Positions 27,942-38,464 of a stretch of 64,000 nucleotides of DNA are shown in pieces. Made by a program: the position numbers and the translations under genes. Origin of the DNA: Sumerlaeia bacterium (GTDB lineage: Bacteria; Sumerlaeota; Sumerlaeia; SLMS01; JAHLLQ01). Below the pieces are notes generated by a model. It had not been told where the DNA came from. It was given only the letters and a program-made list of their open reading frames with translations, and ran no database searches. How positions within the stretch are numbered: position 1 is the first letter of the stretch; the number at the start of each line of letters is the position of its first letter. Location of the stretch: positions 1-64,000 of the forward strand of contig JAVJSW010000035.1 in assembly GCA_040219255.1 (NCBI GenBank). The letters run 5' to 3'.

Positions 27942-30533
27942 TCAATACACGACAAACGAATCGCCGACCGGCTCGGGGTTCAGGAGTACCTTGGGCAGTG
28001 CCAGGTTCGTGTCGGCGCCGCCGGGGTCGCTCGCCGTTCCGCCCTCCAATCCGGTCCACCCAGCGTCCCATCCCACCGGGGAGCGCGGATCCGGATCGAG
28101 CGCGAAGCCGTAGAAATCCCGCACCTCCACGGTCAAAGGCAGCGGTTGACCCTCCGCATAGGCGCCCAGGCTGGCTTCTCGCAGCGACACCTCTCCCTCC
28201 CAGGAATCGTAGTGGTATCGCAGAGCCGTGGGCACCCCCGCCCCCCTTCTCACCCAGCCGTCCGCGGTACTGGGCGTGAGGTTGAGACTCCTTGGCGTCC
28301 CGGTCCGCTGAGGCACTTGGAGGGTTACGACCGGCTGAAACGGCACATGATCCTGCCCGGTGTAGAGCCCCGGACCGGCGGCGCCTCCGTCAGTGCGCAT
28401 CGGCTTGTTGAATTGCAGCAGAACGCGATAGCCGTCGCCGGCCAGTAACGGCCGGAACTGTTCGCTGGACAAGACCCGGGCCACCGCCGATCCCTTGGGC
28501 GCCGGAGTCCACCGCGCGGTGGCGATCAACTCCTCCGGCGACTGCAAGGTGCCGTCGCCGTTTTCGTCGCGCCAGAGCGTCATGCGCTCCAGAATCGGCG
28601 GTCCCGCCGCATAGTACATCGCCAGCAGAAGCGCCGCCCGGTTTTCCTCCACGGTCTGCGTCACCTCGTCCTCGGGCAGTACAAAGGTCGGGCCGCTGGC
28701 GGACGGATCGCGATAGCGGGGCGTGGGGTATTCGATGGTGAAACTGGGGACCTTGTAGGTATTCGCCATGAATTCGTCGGTGGCGCCGATTTCTCCGCCG
28801 GGAAACACCGGCAGATCCGCGTAGCTGCCAGCCACGCCGTTGATTTCCCGAAAGGTGAACTGCATCCGCTCGGTCAACACCGCTGTCTGGGCGTCCGAGC
28901 TTTGCGACCCATTGAACACGTTATAGATCGCCGGGATAGCCCCATGGATGTCGGCGTAGAATCGAAGCTGGCGCGTGGTGAAGAAATCCGCCGCGGCGCT
29001 GGCGAGGACCTGGGATTCGGGCTCGGAGCGCGCGAAGGGGCCGCGATAGAGGCTCGATGTCGGCGTGCCGCTCGACCCGCGCCCGAAGCCGATGTCGAAA
29101 TTCCGATTCAGGTCCACGCCGTTCAGCGCGTCGCCTTCTGTCTCCAGGACTTCGTCCACGCCGTTCATGCTCTTGCGCCGCATGCGGCCGTCGCTGTCGC
29201 CGATATAGCGCGCCGGGTTGCGTTGCGTTTGCAGGAAGCCATCCACGTTCAAGACCGGGATGAAAGCGATTTGCAGGCTATCGACCAGGTATGTGGCGAG
29301 CGTGTCGCTGCCGTAACCATCGGCCAGGAACGTCATCGTCTGCGTCACGATCTCCGGGCTCGCCCATTCCCGGGGATGGACCGTGCCGTTGACAAAAGCG
29401 CCGCCCTCGGGACCGCCGCCCGGCGCCGTGTCGTTGGCGTCGCCCAGCAGATACCCCACGATGTCGCGCCCGTCGAAGGTCTGGCCCAGCACCCACGACG
29501 TCACATGCTCGTGCTCCAGCGTCAGCGCCATGCCCTTGGCCAGCAGCCCGGCATAGCTGCGGAACCCTTCGAAGGCTTCCGTCGTATCCATCGGCACGGG
29601 CACCGGATAGCCCAACTGGTTTTCGGTGAACTCGCGAATGGAGGAGGCGCCTTTGGGGCGGACGAAGGCGGGGTCGTGGTTCGCGGCGAGTTCGGCCATG
29701 ATGAGGGCGTTGCGGTAGGCGGTCGAACCGGCCGGCTGCTCGGACAGAACCGCCACGGCCAAATCGAGGGCTTCCGCTGGCTCGCCGGTCGCGAGGGACA
29801 CGGCGTAGTTGAGGCCGATGTCTTTGCAGGAAAGGTAGCTCTGGCGCGGGTCGCTCGGAATCCGAAGCGATTCGAGTTCGCGTAGAGCGACCTCCCAAGG
29901 AACATACACCACCTCCGCATCCTTCGGCTCACTCAAATGCTTGCCGTTCGCCAAATCCTCCAACTGCCGCTGGACGTGCCAACGGCGGGAACGAAAGTCG
30001 AACGCGGGCTCCAGCAGCGGTCCGTGGCATCCGTCCACAACGACGAGGGTCTCCGGCGCCGTCTCCCAGATGGGGTCGGCGAGGAGTTCGCGGTAAGGGG
30101 CGGTCCGCGCTTCGTTCCATCCAGAATCGCGCATGTCTCTCCCAAGGGCGACGCGATGCTCGACGATCTCGAGAACTTCGCAGAGCAAGAACTCACGCCC
30201 CGCCACCGGCAACTCCTGTCGCTTGACCAACTCCAAGGTTTCCAGAAGCGAAAGGGGTCCGTCGAAAACGGTGAAGTCCTTGGCGATGAAAACACCGCTG
30301 AGCGACGCCAACCGCAGCGCCAGCAGTTCAACCTCGTCCTCGTAAAGCGCATCGCGATCTTCCTCGCGCGCGAAGCGCAAATGCTCGAACGAGGGCGGGG
30401 TGTACTCGTAGCAGAGCATTTTGTCGATGATGGGACCGAAGTCGGGCCCCACACCAGACGCTTGGCCAGCCAACCCGAGTGACACCAAGGCAGGACAGAT
30501 GAACCGAGCGATTCGGCCCCGAAATACCCTCAC
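27942..30533 (-). CDS. Secreted M14 zinc carboxypeptidase domain protein
   Basis: Signal peptide; HPREW, NVDG, RK, GVDLNRNF, YRGP...SEPE, DIH. Confidence 0.88.
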   Translation of the reverse strand: MRVFRGRIARFICPALVSLGLAGQASGVGPDFGPIIDKMLCYEYTPPSFEHLRFAREEDRDALYEDEVELLALRLASLSGVFIAKDFTVFDGPLSLLETLELVKRQELPVAGREFLLCEVLEIVEHRVALGRDMRDSGWNEARTAPYRELLADPIWETAPETLVVVDGCHGPLLEPAFDFRSRRWHVQRQLEDLANGKHLSEPKDAEVVYVPWEVALRELESLRIPSDPRQSYLSCKDIGLNYAVSLATGEPAEALDLAVAVLSEQPAGSTAYRNALIMAELAANHDPAFVRPKGASSIREFTENQLGYPVPVPMDTTEAFEGFRSYAGLLAKGMALTLEHEHVTSWVLGQTFDGRDIVGYLLGDANDTAPGGGPEGGAFVNGTVHPREWASPEIVTQTMTFLADGYGSDTLATYLVDSLQIAFIPVLNVDGFLQTQRNPARYIGDSDGRMRRKSMNGVDEVLETEGDALNGVDLNRNFDIGFGRGSSGTPTSSLYRGPFARSEPESQVLASAAADFFTTRQLRFYADIHGAIPAIYNVFNGSQSSDAQTAVLTERMQFTFREINGVAGSYADLPVFPGGEIGATDEFMANTYKVPSFTIEYPTPRYRDPSASGPTFVLPEDEVTQTVEENRAALLLAMYYAAGPPILERMTLWRDENGDGTLQSPEELIATARWTPAPKGSAVARVLSSEQFRPLLAGDGYRVLLQFNKPMRTDGGAAGPGLYTGQDHVPFQPVVTLQVPQRTGTPRSLNLTPSTADGWVRRGAGVPTALRYHYDSWEGEVSLREASLGAYAEGQPLPLTVEVRDFYGFALDPDPRSPVGWDAGWTGLEGGTASDPGGADTNLALPKVLLNPEPVGDSFVVY

Positions 30534-30880
30534 AACGCCAACCCCTCATCCCGATCCCGGACTCTCCGGCGTTCGATCTCTCGCAGCTTCTCCGCCACCG
30601 CTTCGCCCAGGTCGATGCCGCGCGCGTTGGCGTAGTTCACGACCGCGATCAGCACGTCGGCGGCTTCGTCGGCCAGTTCTTCTTGCGGGATGGAGCGGCC
30701 TTTCCAGAGCTTCTTTTCCTTGTTCGCCACCTCGCCCGCCTCGCCGGCCAGTTCGAGGGCGAAGAACTCCGCCGGGCGCGCGGGAAAGGCCGCCGCGTTG
30801 TAGGCGGCGAAACCCGCCTGCGCCCGCGAGAGCGCGTCATGAAGCGCGGGGATGAAACTCAGATCGGGATCGTCGGACAT
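30530..30880 (-). CDS. MazG-like nucleotide pyrophosphohydrolase
   Basis: ELAGEAGEVAN..KK, EELADEAADV, IDL.EAV..K; GTGA overlap with the next gene. Confidence 0.82.
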   Translation of the reverse strand: MSDDPDLSFIPALHDALSRAQAGFAAYNAAAFPARPAEFFALELAGEAGEVANKEKKLWKGRSIPQEELADEAADVLIAVVNYANARGIDLGEAVAEKLREIERRRVRDRDEGLAL

Positions 30881-31077
30881 GAGAGCAACATCGGCACCGG
30901 AGAAATGGCGGAACGATTGGAGCCGTCGTCGCAGGCGATGTCCATGCCATTCCCACGCGCCGGGCCTGTCTCAGAGTCGTTTTCCATCCCTCTTTCTTCT
31001 CGGCGCCCCTTCCGGTTGACCCGTTTCCTTTCGCCTCGCCAATCCTATCGTCAAGACACCGAATTGGCGGACGAGCG

Positions 31078-34000
31078 ATGAAGAACGTGGCGAGACGAGT
31101 GGCGGCTGCCTTGACAGCCCTGGCGATTCTTGGTGGCGCGACCCGCGCCGAAGCCGTCCCGGACGGCTTCGAGGACGTCGCCATCCACTGGTTCGACCTC
31201 ACCTTCTGCACCGCCATGGAGGCTCTGCCCACGGGCCATCTGGTCACCGCCATGCGTGACGGCAAGATCTATGTCTGGGACCCGGAAGTCGAGCGCCCCG
31301 GCGCCGCCTCCACGCTTTTCGCCCAACTCGACACCACCATCACCCACGAAGGCGGCGTCATCGGCATGCTGGTGCATCCCGATTTCGAGTCCAATGGCTG
31401 GATTTACTTCACCTACACGCAAACCCGCCCCGGCGACAACCCGGTCCACATCACCATCACCCGCCTGACCGCCGATCCGCAAGACCCGCAGAGCGCCATC
31501 CCCGACAGCGACGTCGAGATTTTCACCCTCCCCGACGATCCGGCCACCGACATTCACTACGGCGGCGGCCTTGTCTGCGGGCCCGATGGCATGCTCTATC
31601 TCGGCCTCGGCGACGACGGCCAGGGACTGCCCTTGCCCCAGGACCCGGACTCGCTCCGCGGCAAGATCCTCCGCATGAACCCCGACGGCTCCGTCCCGCC
31701 CGGCAATCCAGACTTCGGCAAAGGCCCTACCCTCGTCTATGCCCTCGGTGTACGCAATCCCTTCCGCCTGATGGTCGATCACCCCAACGGCGTCATCTGG
31801 TTCGCCGACGTCGGCAATTCCCTCTGGGAAGAATACAACCTGCTTCAACCCGCGGCCAACTACGGCTGGCCCTTCCTGGAAGGCCCCCTCTCCGCCAATC
31901 CCGGCGTCACCCCGCCGCCCAATTACCTCGAACCCCAAGTCGCCCTGCCGCACATGGCCGGAGCCCCCGGCGGCGACGGCGTCTCCTTTACCGATTCGAT
32001 CATCTATCGTGGCAATCAATTCCCCAGCGTCTATCGCGACATGCACCTGCTGGGCGACTGGCGATTTGGCCATGGTTATATCTATGAAATCAAGAAGTCC
32101 GCTCCCGACCGGATCACCCATGTCGAACGATGGCACGAAACCCTCGGTCCCATCACCGACCTCGTCGAACTCAACGGTGAACTCTACTACTCCACCACCC
32201 AATTTTTCTTCGCCAGCGGCACCGTCGCCAGCGCCATCCGCAAGATCTCCTACACCAGCAACGAGCCCCCGCAAATCAACATCGCCCCGAACCGCCTCTC
32301 GGGCCCCATCCCCCTGACCATCACCTTCGAAGGTTCGGTCAGTGACGAAGCGCCCGAGGAACTCAGCTACTTCTGGGACTTTGGCCCCGCCGGCGAATCG
32401 CGTGAAGCGTTGCCCACCGTTACCTTTATTGAGCCTTCCACCACCTTCGTTACCCTGGAAGTCCGGGACCGCGGCGGTCTGACCGCATCCAAGGGCTGGA
32501 CCATCACCGCCGAAGGCATCTACGACGTCGATCTTCAGGCCCGCGTTCTCGATGTGCGCACCGGCGTTCCCCGCCCCTTCGATGGCTTCCTCCACGTCCG
32601 CGAAGACCGCGAGGCGGCCCCCATCCTCCTTGACGCGCCCATCCTCGACGGCCAGGTCCACCTCGTTCGGGACGACGTCGAGGTCATGGTCAACCGCCTC
32701 GAAATCACGATCCAGGGCGCGGGCGTCGTGCCCTACACCTGGAAGCTTTCCCCCACCGACTTCGCCTTCACCGATTCCCGCGAGGTCCTCGTCAGCCCCC
32801 ATGCGATTCTCGGCACCGTCTCCGACACCTCGGGCGCGCCCCTGCCCGCAGTGCCGCTCGTGGTCCGCGCCCACGATGGAACCGGTTTCCAGCCCATCCC
32901 TTCGCCCCGGCTCCAGAACCCCATCGGCGAGCGCCACACCGATCCCTTCGGCGCCTATCATTTCGCCCTGCCCGACGCCTTGGCGGGCCAACTCCTCGAG
33001 TTCTCCGCCTTCCCCGGCCGCGCCATCGAAGAAGGCCAGCACGCCCCCTGGACCTGGAACCTCTTCGCCCCCCGGAACGCCGGCATGATCCACCACCAGG
33101 TCCTCTCCCGCTGGCCCTCGAAGGTGGGCGCATGCGATTACGAACCTTCCCCCAGCCCCTCCGTTCCCTGGAGCGAGGTCTCCACCATCCTGACCCGCAA
33201 CTGCACCGGCTGCCACGGCCAGAGAAACCCCAACGCCGGTCTCGACCTCACCGGACCCTTCGCCTATGGCGAACTCATGACCCGCTGGAGCAACGAGGCC
33301 ATCGGACTGCGCCTCGTTCAACCGGGCCGTCCCGCAGCCAGTTTCCTTTCGGAGAAGATCGCCTGCGAGCAACCCCAGTCCGGCTCCGTCATGCCCCCCA
33401 CCGGCGGCCTCATCCCGCCAGCCGACCAACAGCGCATCCTCGACTGGATCGCCGCGGGCGCACCCTCCGGCGATCCCACATCTATCACCCTCACCCTGCA
33501 CGCCACCTCCACCAGCGGACCCGAACCGCTGATCTCCACCATCCACGCCGGGATCGACGGCGGCGTCCCGCCCTTTGAAATCGTCTGGCATTTCGCCGAC
33601 GGCGCTCGTCGCGAGGACGCCATCTGGATGACCTATCCCTTCGCCGCGGGCCCCGGCGATGGCACCACCTCCGTCACCGTGGCCATCATCGACAGCGCCC
33701 TGCCCGCCCCCAATCGCGCCTCCGCCACACTCGTCCTTCATCCCACGCCCGTCGATCCGCCCTCTACAGGCTCCATCACCGCCGCCATCGATCCGGCGGC
33801 GCGCCTCGTCGTCCACCAGCCAGCCCGCCTCAACGGCTCGTCATCCACTAGCGATTCCGGCACGATCCTGCGCTATCTGTGGGACTTCGGGGACGACGGA
33901 TCGACCGACTGGATCGGTTCCGATCCCCTGGCTGTGATCACGCCCGCGGCCGCCGGCGAACTGCCCGTTCGCCTCACCGTAATCGACTCGGGCAACCGTT

Positions 34001-34080
34001 CCGATACCACCGCGACTCTTTTCCTGGTCGAGTCCCCCGCCGAGCCGGCCCCCGCCTTCTCTGGCCTGACCGTCCGCTGA
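31078..34080 (+). CDS. Secreted PQQ-dependent sugar dehydrogenase (GSDH) family protein with PKD domains and a cytochrome c domain
   Basis: HYGG....GPDG.LY...GD, GKILR, G.RNPFR, NYGWP; PKD-like YFWDFG and YLWDFGD; heme motif CTGCH. Confidence 0.85.
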   Translation: MKNVARRVAAALTALAILGGATRAEAVPDGFEDVAIHWFDLTFCTAMEALPTGHLVTAMRDGKIYVWDPEVERPGAASTLFAQLDTTITHEGGVIGMLVHPDFESNGWIYFTYTQTRPGDNPVHITITRLTADPQDPQSAIPDSDVEIFTLPDDPATDIHYGGGLVCGPDGMLYLGLGDDGQGLPLPQDPDSLRGKILRMNPDGSVPPGNPDFGKGPTLVYALGVRNPFRLMVDHPNGVIWFADVGNSLWEEYNLLQPAANYGWPFLEGPLSANPGVTPPPNYLEPQVALPHMAGAPGGDGVSFTDSIIYRGNQFPSVYRDMHLLGDWRFGHGYIYEIKKSAPDRITHVERWHETLGPITDLVELNGELYYSTTQFFFASGTVASAIRKISYTSNEPPQINIAPNRLSGPIPLTITFEGSVSDEAPEELSYFWDFGPAGESREALPTVTFIEPSTTFVTLEVRDRGGLTASKGWTITAEGIYDVDLQARVLDVRTGVPRPFDGFLHVREDREAAPILLDAPILDGQVHLVRDDVEVMVNRLEITIQGAGVVPYTWKLSPTDFAFTDSREVLVSPHAILGTVSDTSGAPLPAVPLVVRAHDGTGFQPIPSPRLQNPIGERHTDPFGAYHFALPDALAGQLLEFSAFPGRAIEEGQHAPWTWNLFAPRNAGMIHHQVLSRWPSKVGACDYEPSPSPSVPWSEVSTILTRNCTGCHGQRNPNAGLDLTGPFAYGELMTRWSNEAIGLRLVQPGRPAASFLSEKIACEQPQSGSVMPPTGGLIPPADQQRILDWIAAGAPSGDPTSITLTLHATSTSGPEPLISTIHAGIDGGVPPFEIVWHFADGARREDAIWMTYPFAAGPGDGTTSVTVAIIDSALPAPNRASATLVLHPTPVDPPSTGSITAAIDPAARLVVHQPARLNGSSSTSDSGTILRYLWDFGDDGSTDWIGSDPLAVITPAAAGELPVRLTVIDSGNRSDTTATLFLVESPAEPAPAFSGLTVR

Positions 34081-34090
34081 CGAGGCCGCT

Positions 34091-34879
34091 TCAGCCGTCC
34101 AGCCGGGTCACTTCGCCGCTTCTGCGCCGCGGGTCCGTCTCTCGGTGCAAGTCCTCGTATGCCCGCCGCGCCACATCGAGCGACTCCTCCAACTCGCGCA
34201 GATTGCGCTCCGCCGACGCCAGCTCCCGATCCGCCAAATCCGGCACCTCGATGGAAACCTTCTCCATCGCCTCCGCCAGCCGCCGCAGGTGTCCCATCAT
34301 CTTCTTGCGGTTGTTGCGCAGGTGCGCGATTTTATGCTCGTAGGCCACCACCTTCGCCCCACGCGATCCCTCGATCAGATTGCTTAGCCTCTCCTGCAAG
34401 AACGCCAGCCGATTGAACAGAGCGATCGCCTCCGCGTAATTCTCTTCCACCATCGGCTGGAAATGCGCCCGCTTCACCGGCGCCACCAGATCGCTTTCCA
34501 GCACCTCCGCGACCTCGTCATAGAGCACCTCGATCTGATCGAACAGCTCCAGGATGTCCTTGCTTCCGCCCGCCGCCTCGATGGCTTCGCGAAGCTGCCG
34601 CTTCGTCAGATCCTCCTTCTCCTCCGCCTGCTTCTCCCACCGGTGCAGCACCCGGTCGCGAAACATCGGGCCCCGCAGCGCTAAGTTGTACAATCCCCCC
34701 AGCACACTGACGCCTAGCCCTCCCGCCAGAATCTGGAGACTCAGCGGCGAAGGATCGACCGTCAGCGCCCACACCCCCGCCAGCAACCCCACCCCCAGCG
34801 GAATCAGGCTGATGGGATGCTCGGCGACCTCCAGAAGGATGGCATTGCGAAGTTTAGCGGATTTGTCGCTGGCGGTCAT
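34091..34879 (-). CDS. Hypothetical membrane-anchored coiled-coil protein
   Basis: Two N-terminal TM helices followed by long charged helices. Confidence 0.72.
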   Translation of the reverse strand: MTASDKSAKLRNAILLEVAEHPISLIPLGVGLLAGVWALTVDPSPLSLQILAGGLGVSVLGGLYNLALRGPMFRDRVLHRWEKQAEEKEDLTKRQLREAIEAAGGSKDILELFDQIEVLYDEVAEVLESDLVAPVKRAHFQPMVEENYAEAIALFNRLAFLQERLSNLIEGSRGAKVVAYEHKIAHLRNNRKKMMGHLRRLAEAMEKVSIEVPDLADRELASAERNLRELEESLDVARRAYEDLHRETDPRRRSGEVTRLDG

Positions 34880-34889
34880 GGGGGCGGAA

Positions 34890-35069
34890 AACCACAGAGT
34901 CTGATTGGTGTGAAGGTCTGACGGTCACAAAGAATACCACGCCTGCAAACGGATATTCAGAAGAATGAGCCGAGGAGCAAAAGGCTGCCAAAGGCGTAAT
35001 CCCGGAGAGCCGTTTTCCTTCCTCTGCGTAACCCCAAAGCACTGTGCTCAACGCAGCATCCCTGTGGTT
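34890..35069 (-). mobile_element. Degenerate gene-less inverted-repeat element, family C-like
   Basis: AACCACAGAG (34890) and CCCTGTGGTT (35060-35069) bracket the AT-richer intergenic gap; the coaX stop codon overlaps the terminus. Confidence 0.55.
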
Positions 35070-35859
35070 AGCCCGCCGGCGCGTTCCGCGCCCAGATCCG
35101 CCGGATGCCCCGCAGTGTCAAGTTCGGCTCCACCGCGTGCAGCCGCGCCATATCCGGCGCCATCAGCCGCGACAGACCCCCCGTCGCCACAATCTTCAGC
35201 TCGTAGCCCAACTGCGCCTCCGCCCGTCGGATCACGCCCTCCACCGCGTCGATGGCGCCGTAGTAGAGACCCGACTGCATCGACTCGACGGAGTTGCGGC
35301 CGATGGGCTGCTCGGGGCGTTGGATAGCGATCTGCGGCAGCTTCGACGCCCGCCGGTACAGCGCGTCCGCGGTGGTCTCCACCCCCGCCAGGATGGCCCC
35401 GCCCAGATAGTCGCCCTCGCGGTCCACGATGTTGATCGTCGTCGCCGTGCCGAAATCCACGATTGCCAGGCCCGGGCCATAGCGCTCGCTTGCCGCCGCC
35501 GCGTCCGCCAGCCGGTCCATGCCCACCTGGCTCGGCACGGTGTAGCGGTTCTCCAGCCCCAACTTCATCTCCGTCGTCAGTACCACTGGCTCGATGCCCA
35601 GCGCCGACGCCGTGGCCTTCGCCACCGACGCCGTGAACGCCGGTACCACCGAGCACAACGCCGCCCCGCACCAACCGTCCCATCCGGCGTCGCGCAGCCC
35701 ATCGAGGAACCGCAGCGTAATCGCCAGTTCGTCGCTCGTCTGGTCCGTACGCGTCGCGATGCGCCAGGTGCGGCGCACTTCGTCGCCGTCCATCACCCCG
35801 AAAACCGTGTGCGTGTTGCCGATGTCGATGGCCAGAAAAGGCGCCGCTGCCTGGGTCAC
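35068..35859 (-). CDS. coaX: Type III pantothenate kinase
   Basis: LAIDIGNT, SVVP, G.DR, VDFGTATT, GG.I..G, ATGG. Confidence 0.95.
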   Translation of the reverse strand: MTQAAAPFLAIDIGNTHTVFGVMDGDEVRRTWRIATRTDQTSDELAITLRFLDGLRDAGWDGWCGAALCSVVPAFTASVAKATASALGIEPVVLTTEMKLGLENRYTVPSQVGMDRLADAAAASERYGPGLAIVDFGTATTINIVDREGDYLGGAILAGVETTADALYRRASKLPQIAIQRPEQPIGRNSVESMQSGLYYGAIDAVEGVIRRAEAQLGYELKIVATGGLSRLMAPDMARLHAVEPNLTLRGIRRIWARNAPAG

Positions 35860-37940
35860 AGACCGACTCCGGCGGGCGCCGCGAAGCGCCAGATACCCGT
35901 TCCCGGCCGCATGATCTGGCCCTCCTTTTCCCACACCACGCGCCCGTTGAGCACCGTGTAGTGCGGCGCCAGATGGCTTGGCTCTTCCTCTTGCGGGTCG
36001 AGAATCACCCTCGGGAACACCGCCAGATCGGCCCGCGCCCCCACCCGCACCACGCCGGTGCGCTGCAAACGGAACGCGTGCGCCATCCGGATCGTCAGCG
36101 AATTCACCAGCACCGACACCGACATCTCCGACGCCGCGTTGCGCGCCAGAATGGTCTTCGCCAGCCAACCAGGGCTCGGCGTCTCGGGCAACAACGACGG
36201 CACCGCCGCCAGCGACAGCAAATCCGGCGCGTCGTCCTTCGGGCAGCGGCAGAAATAAATCTGCTTCGGGTGTTCCAGGAATTCCTTTGCCAGCGCGCAC
36301 AGCGACTCATGATCGCAGGGCGCCTCGCGCACCGGTTGTTTCGTCGACCGGTACGATACCACCAGCCGTGTCTCGCGCGCCGAGCCCGCCCCCAGGAACG
36401 CCACGTCGGCGCGCAGAGACTGCTCCGGATCCTCGAGTTGCAAGTTCGGAATCGCCGGATGGAACAGATGCGCAAACTCGCCCAGCTGCCGCGCCGTCAT
36501 GCCCACTTCCCGGATCATGAAGCCCGCCAGCTCGGTCATGCCATGGCGCTCGCGAATCACCTGCGGCGCCTCCACCGCTTCCAGCGCCACAACATGGATC
36601 GGAGGCGATTGAGCCCGCGCTTTCTGGGCGAAAGCTTCCCGCTCGCGCGCATTGGCGAATGGCCCGAATCCCGCCGCGATCGTCGTGAACCCAGCCTTCA
36701 GATAGGGCACCGCCGCGTCTGGCGAGAATGCCTCCGGCGCGTAAACGCGGCTCGTGGCGAAACCGATCAGCCCCGGCATCGCCAGGTAGCCACTCAGGTC
36801 GATGGTTCTTTTCCGCAGCGTCTCGCCCGCGATGTCCCCCAGGTTCACGATCGCGCTGTCGTGCGGGGGCGGAATCGTATCCGTCATGCGCTTGCGCCGC
36901 GTGCTGTCGATCCATGCCACATCGCCCCGCACCAGCCGCCGCGCGCCCCCGTCCATGATATCCGCCCCGGTGCCGAGGAAATCCACAAACTCCGCACCGC
37001 TGTCGTACGGAAGCTTCTCGTACTGGGCCCCTGTTGCGGGCTTGTCCAGCCCGTGCGCCACCGAAGCCAGGCCCGCCACCAGCGACAGCGCGAACGCCCG
37101 CCGCACGAACTCGTCGCCGCCCTGGTCCTCCGGCGCGCCGTCCGGGGCATCGAACCAGCCGCCCGCCTCGATCAGGATACTGCACACGCCCCAGCGCATC
37201 ATCCCATCGCCGAACGCCGTCGGCATATAGTTCGCCGTGTAGCGCGCCAGCCCGCCGCCACAGTACTTGCGCGCCGCCGCCGCCATATGGCCCACCACCG
37301 TCTTGGCCTTCAGACGCACCTCATTGTCTTCGTTCTCGTGATTGTAGGGTCCCGCCTGGTACGCCAACGCCACCAGATGGCCCTCGGTGGTGGACTTGCG
37401 CGGGCCCATGTCGTGCAGATTGAACCCGTACTCCGGATCGAAGCGATCCTTCAACGCCTTCAGCGCCCGTCCCTCCGGTGTCGCCAGCGCCGCCGCGTCC
37501 CGGTTCAGATCGATGCACTGGGCGTTTTGGCGGGTGAACCGCGCCACACCGTCCGGATTGACCATCGGCAGTACGCAAATATCGAGCTTGGAGAGAATGG
37601 TGTCATAGGGCGCCGCCTCGTGCCGCGCCGCCAGATCGAATAAAAACGCGCACAACCCCGCGCTGCAGTCCGGTTCGTCGCCGTGCTGCCGCGCCCAGAT
37701 CATCACCCGCCGACCCGAGGGATTGCCGAAGCGCAACGTCCACAGCGGCCGCCCCTCCGAACTCGAGCCGCACCGGTCGAACTCCACATCGAACGGCGCT
37801 TGCTCCACAAACGAGTTCAGGACCCGCCCCAGGTCGTCGTGCGTGAATCGAAACCACTCGCCATTCCACGCCTTGGCGGGGGCGAGCGCTTTCCAAAGCG
37901 CCGCGGTGGGCAGAAGTTCCTCTGTCAGGCTGTTCGGCAT
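35856..37940 (-). CDS. M14 peptidase fused to a degenerate amidohydrolase-like domain
   Basis: N-terminal QHGDE, NPDG, DLNRD, NLHD; C-terminal IDLSG..AMPGLI, G....GARADL.VF, TVLNGRVV. Confidence 0.82.
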   Translation of the reverse strand: MPNSLTEELLPTAALWKALAPAKAWNGEWFRFTHDDLGRVLNSFVEQAPFDVEFDRCGSSSEGRPLWTLRFGNPSGRRVMIWARQHGDEPDCSAGLCAFLFDLAARHEAAPYDTILSKLDICVLPMVNPDGVARFTRQNAQCIDLNRDAAALATPEGRALKALKDRFDPEYGFNLHDMGPRKSTTEGHLVALAYQAGPYNHENEDNEVRLKAKTVVGHMAAAARKYCGGGLARYTANYMPTAFGDGMMRWGVCSILIEAGGWFDAPDGAPEDQGGDEFVRRAFALSLVAGLASVAHGLDKPATGAQYEKLPYDSGAEFVDFLGTGADIMDGGARRLVRGDVAWIDSTRRKRMTDTIPPPHDSAIVNLGDIAGETLRKRTIDLSGYLAMPGLIGFATSRVYAPEAFSPDAAVPYLKAGFTTIAAGFGPFANAREREAFAQKARAQSPPIHVVALEAVEAPQVIRERHGMTELAGFMIREVGMTARQLGEFAHLFHPAIPNLQLEDPEQSLRADVAFLGAGSARETRLVVSYRSTKQPVREAPCDHESLCALAKEFLEHPKQIYFCRCPKDDAPDLLSLAAVPSLLPETPSPGWLAKTILARNAASEMSVSVLVNSLTIRMAHAFRLQRTGVVRVGARADLAVFPRVILDPQEEEPSHLAPHYTVLNGRVVWEKEGQIMRPGTGIWRFAAPAGVGL

Positions 37941-38018
37941 GATCGGGTCGTGGTCCTTGAACGCTTCGGTTTCCGCCAGAGTCTCAGGAAGGCAAAGAGC
38001 GGGCAAGCCCTGAGCCCC

Positions 38019-38052
38019 AAAAAAAGCCCCGCCATGACAAGCACGGCGGGGC
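38019..38052 (-). terminator. Intrinsic terminator of the TRL-like operon
   Basis: Minus strand GCCCCGCCGTG/CATGGCGGGGC stem followed by T7. Confidence 0.8.
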
Positions 38053-38104
38053 AACAAACTTTCCAGGCGCGGCACCCCATCGGTCCTCCGCCGGGAAGGC
38101 TTCC

Positions 38105-38446
38105 TTACTGGCCATACACCGTGGTGGTGTACACCTGATACACGCCCAGGATGCTAAAGAAGTGCGCATCCACGTGCTCCACGGTGGTGATCCCTCCGGC
38201 CTGCGCGGCGCCCGAAATGCTCGAGTCCCCCGTGGCCACCAGATTCAGGATCGTCGTGCTCTCCACAGAACCGCTCTTCTGGCCCATCTTCTGACCGTTG
38301 AAGGTCACGTCGATGGGGAAGGCGGTTTCCGCGTAGCCAATGCCCAAGGCCGGACGAACCGGCGTGCGGATCGCTGCCCCGCAGCCCGCAAGCAAGCCCA
38401 CGGCCAGGCACAATACGGAAAGGAAAGCGAGTCGTCTCATCTTCAT
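38105..38446 (-). CDS. TRL-like family lipoprotein
   Basis: Lipobox LAGC; K.G......IL.LVATGDSSI..AA..GGIT.V.HVD......ILGVY....T.VYG. Confidence 0.85.
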   Translation of the reverse strand: MKMRRLAFLSVLCLAVGLLAGCGAAIRTPVRPALGIGYAETAFPIDVTFNGQKMGQKSGSVESTTILNLVATGDSSISGAAQAGGITTVEHVDAHFFSILGVYQVYTTTVYGQ

Positions 38447-38464
38447 AACAGGTTCCTTTCCCGG

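Noticed and set aside
26021-30880. Dynamin, MazG-like and nuclease genes as a defence island
   Set aside because: The genes are interrupted by a secreted peptidase, have host-like composition, and show no recognised defence operon layout.
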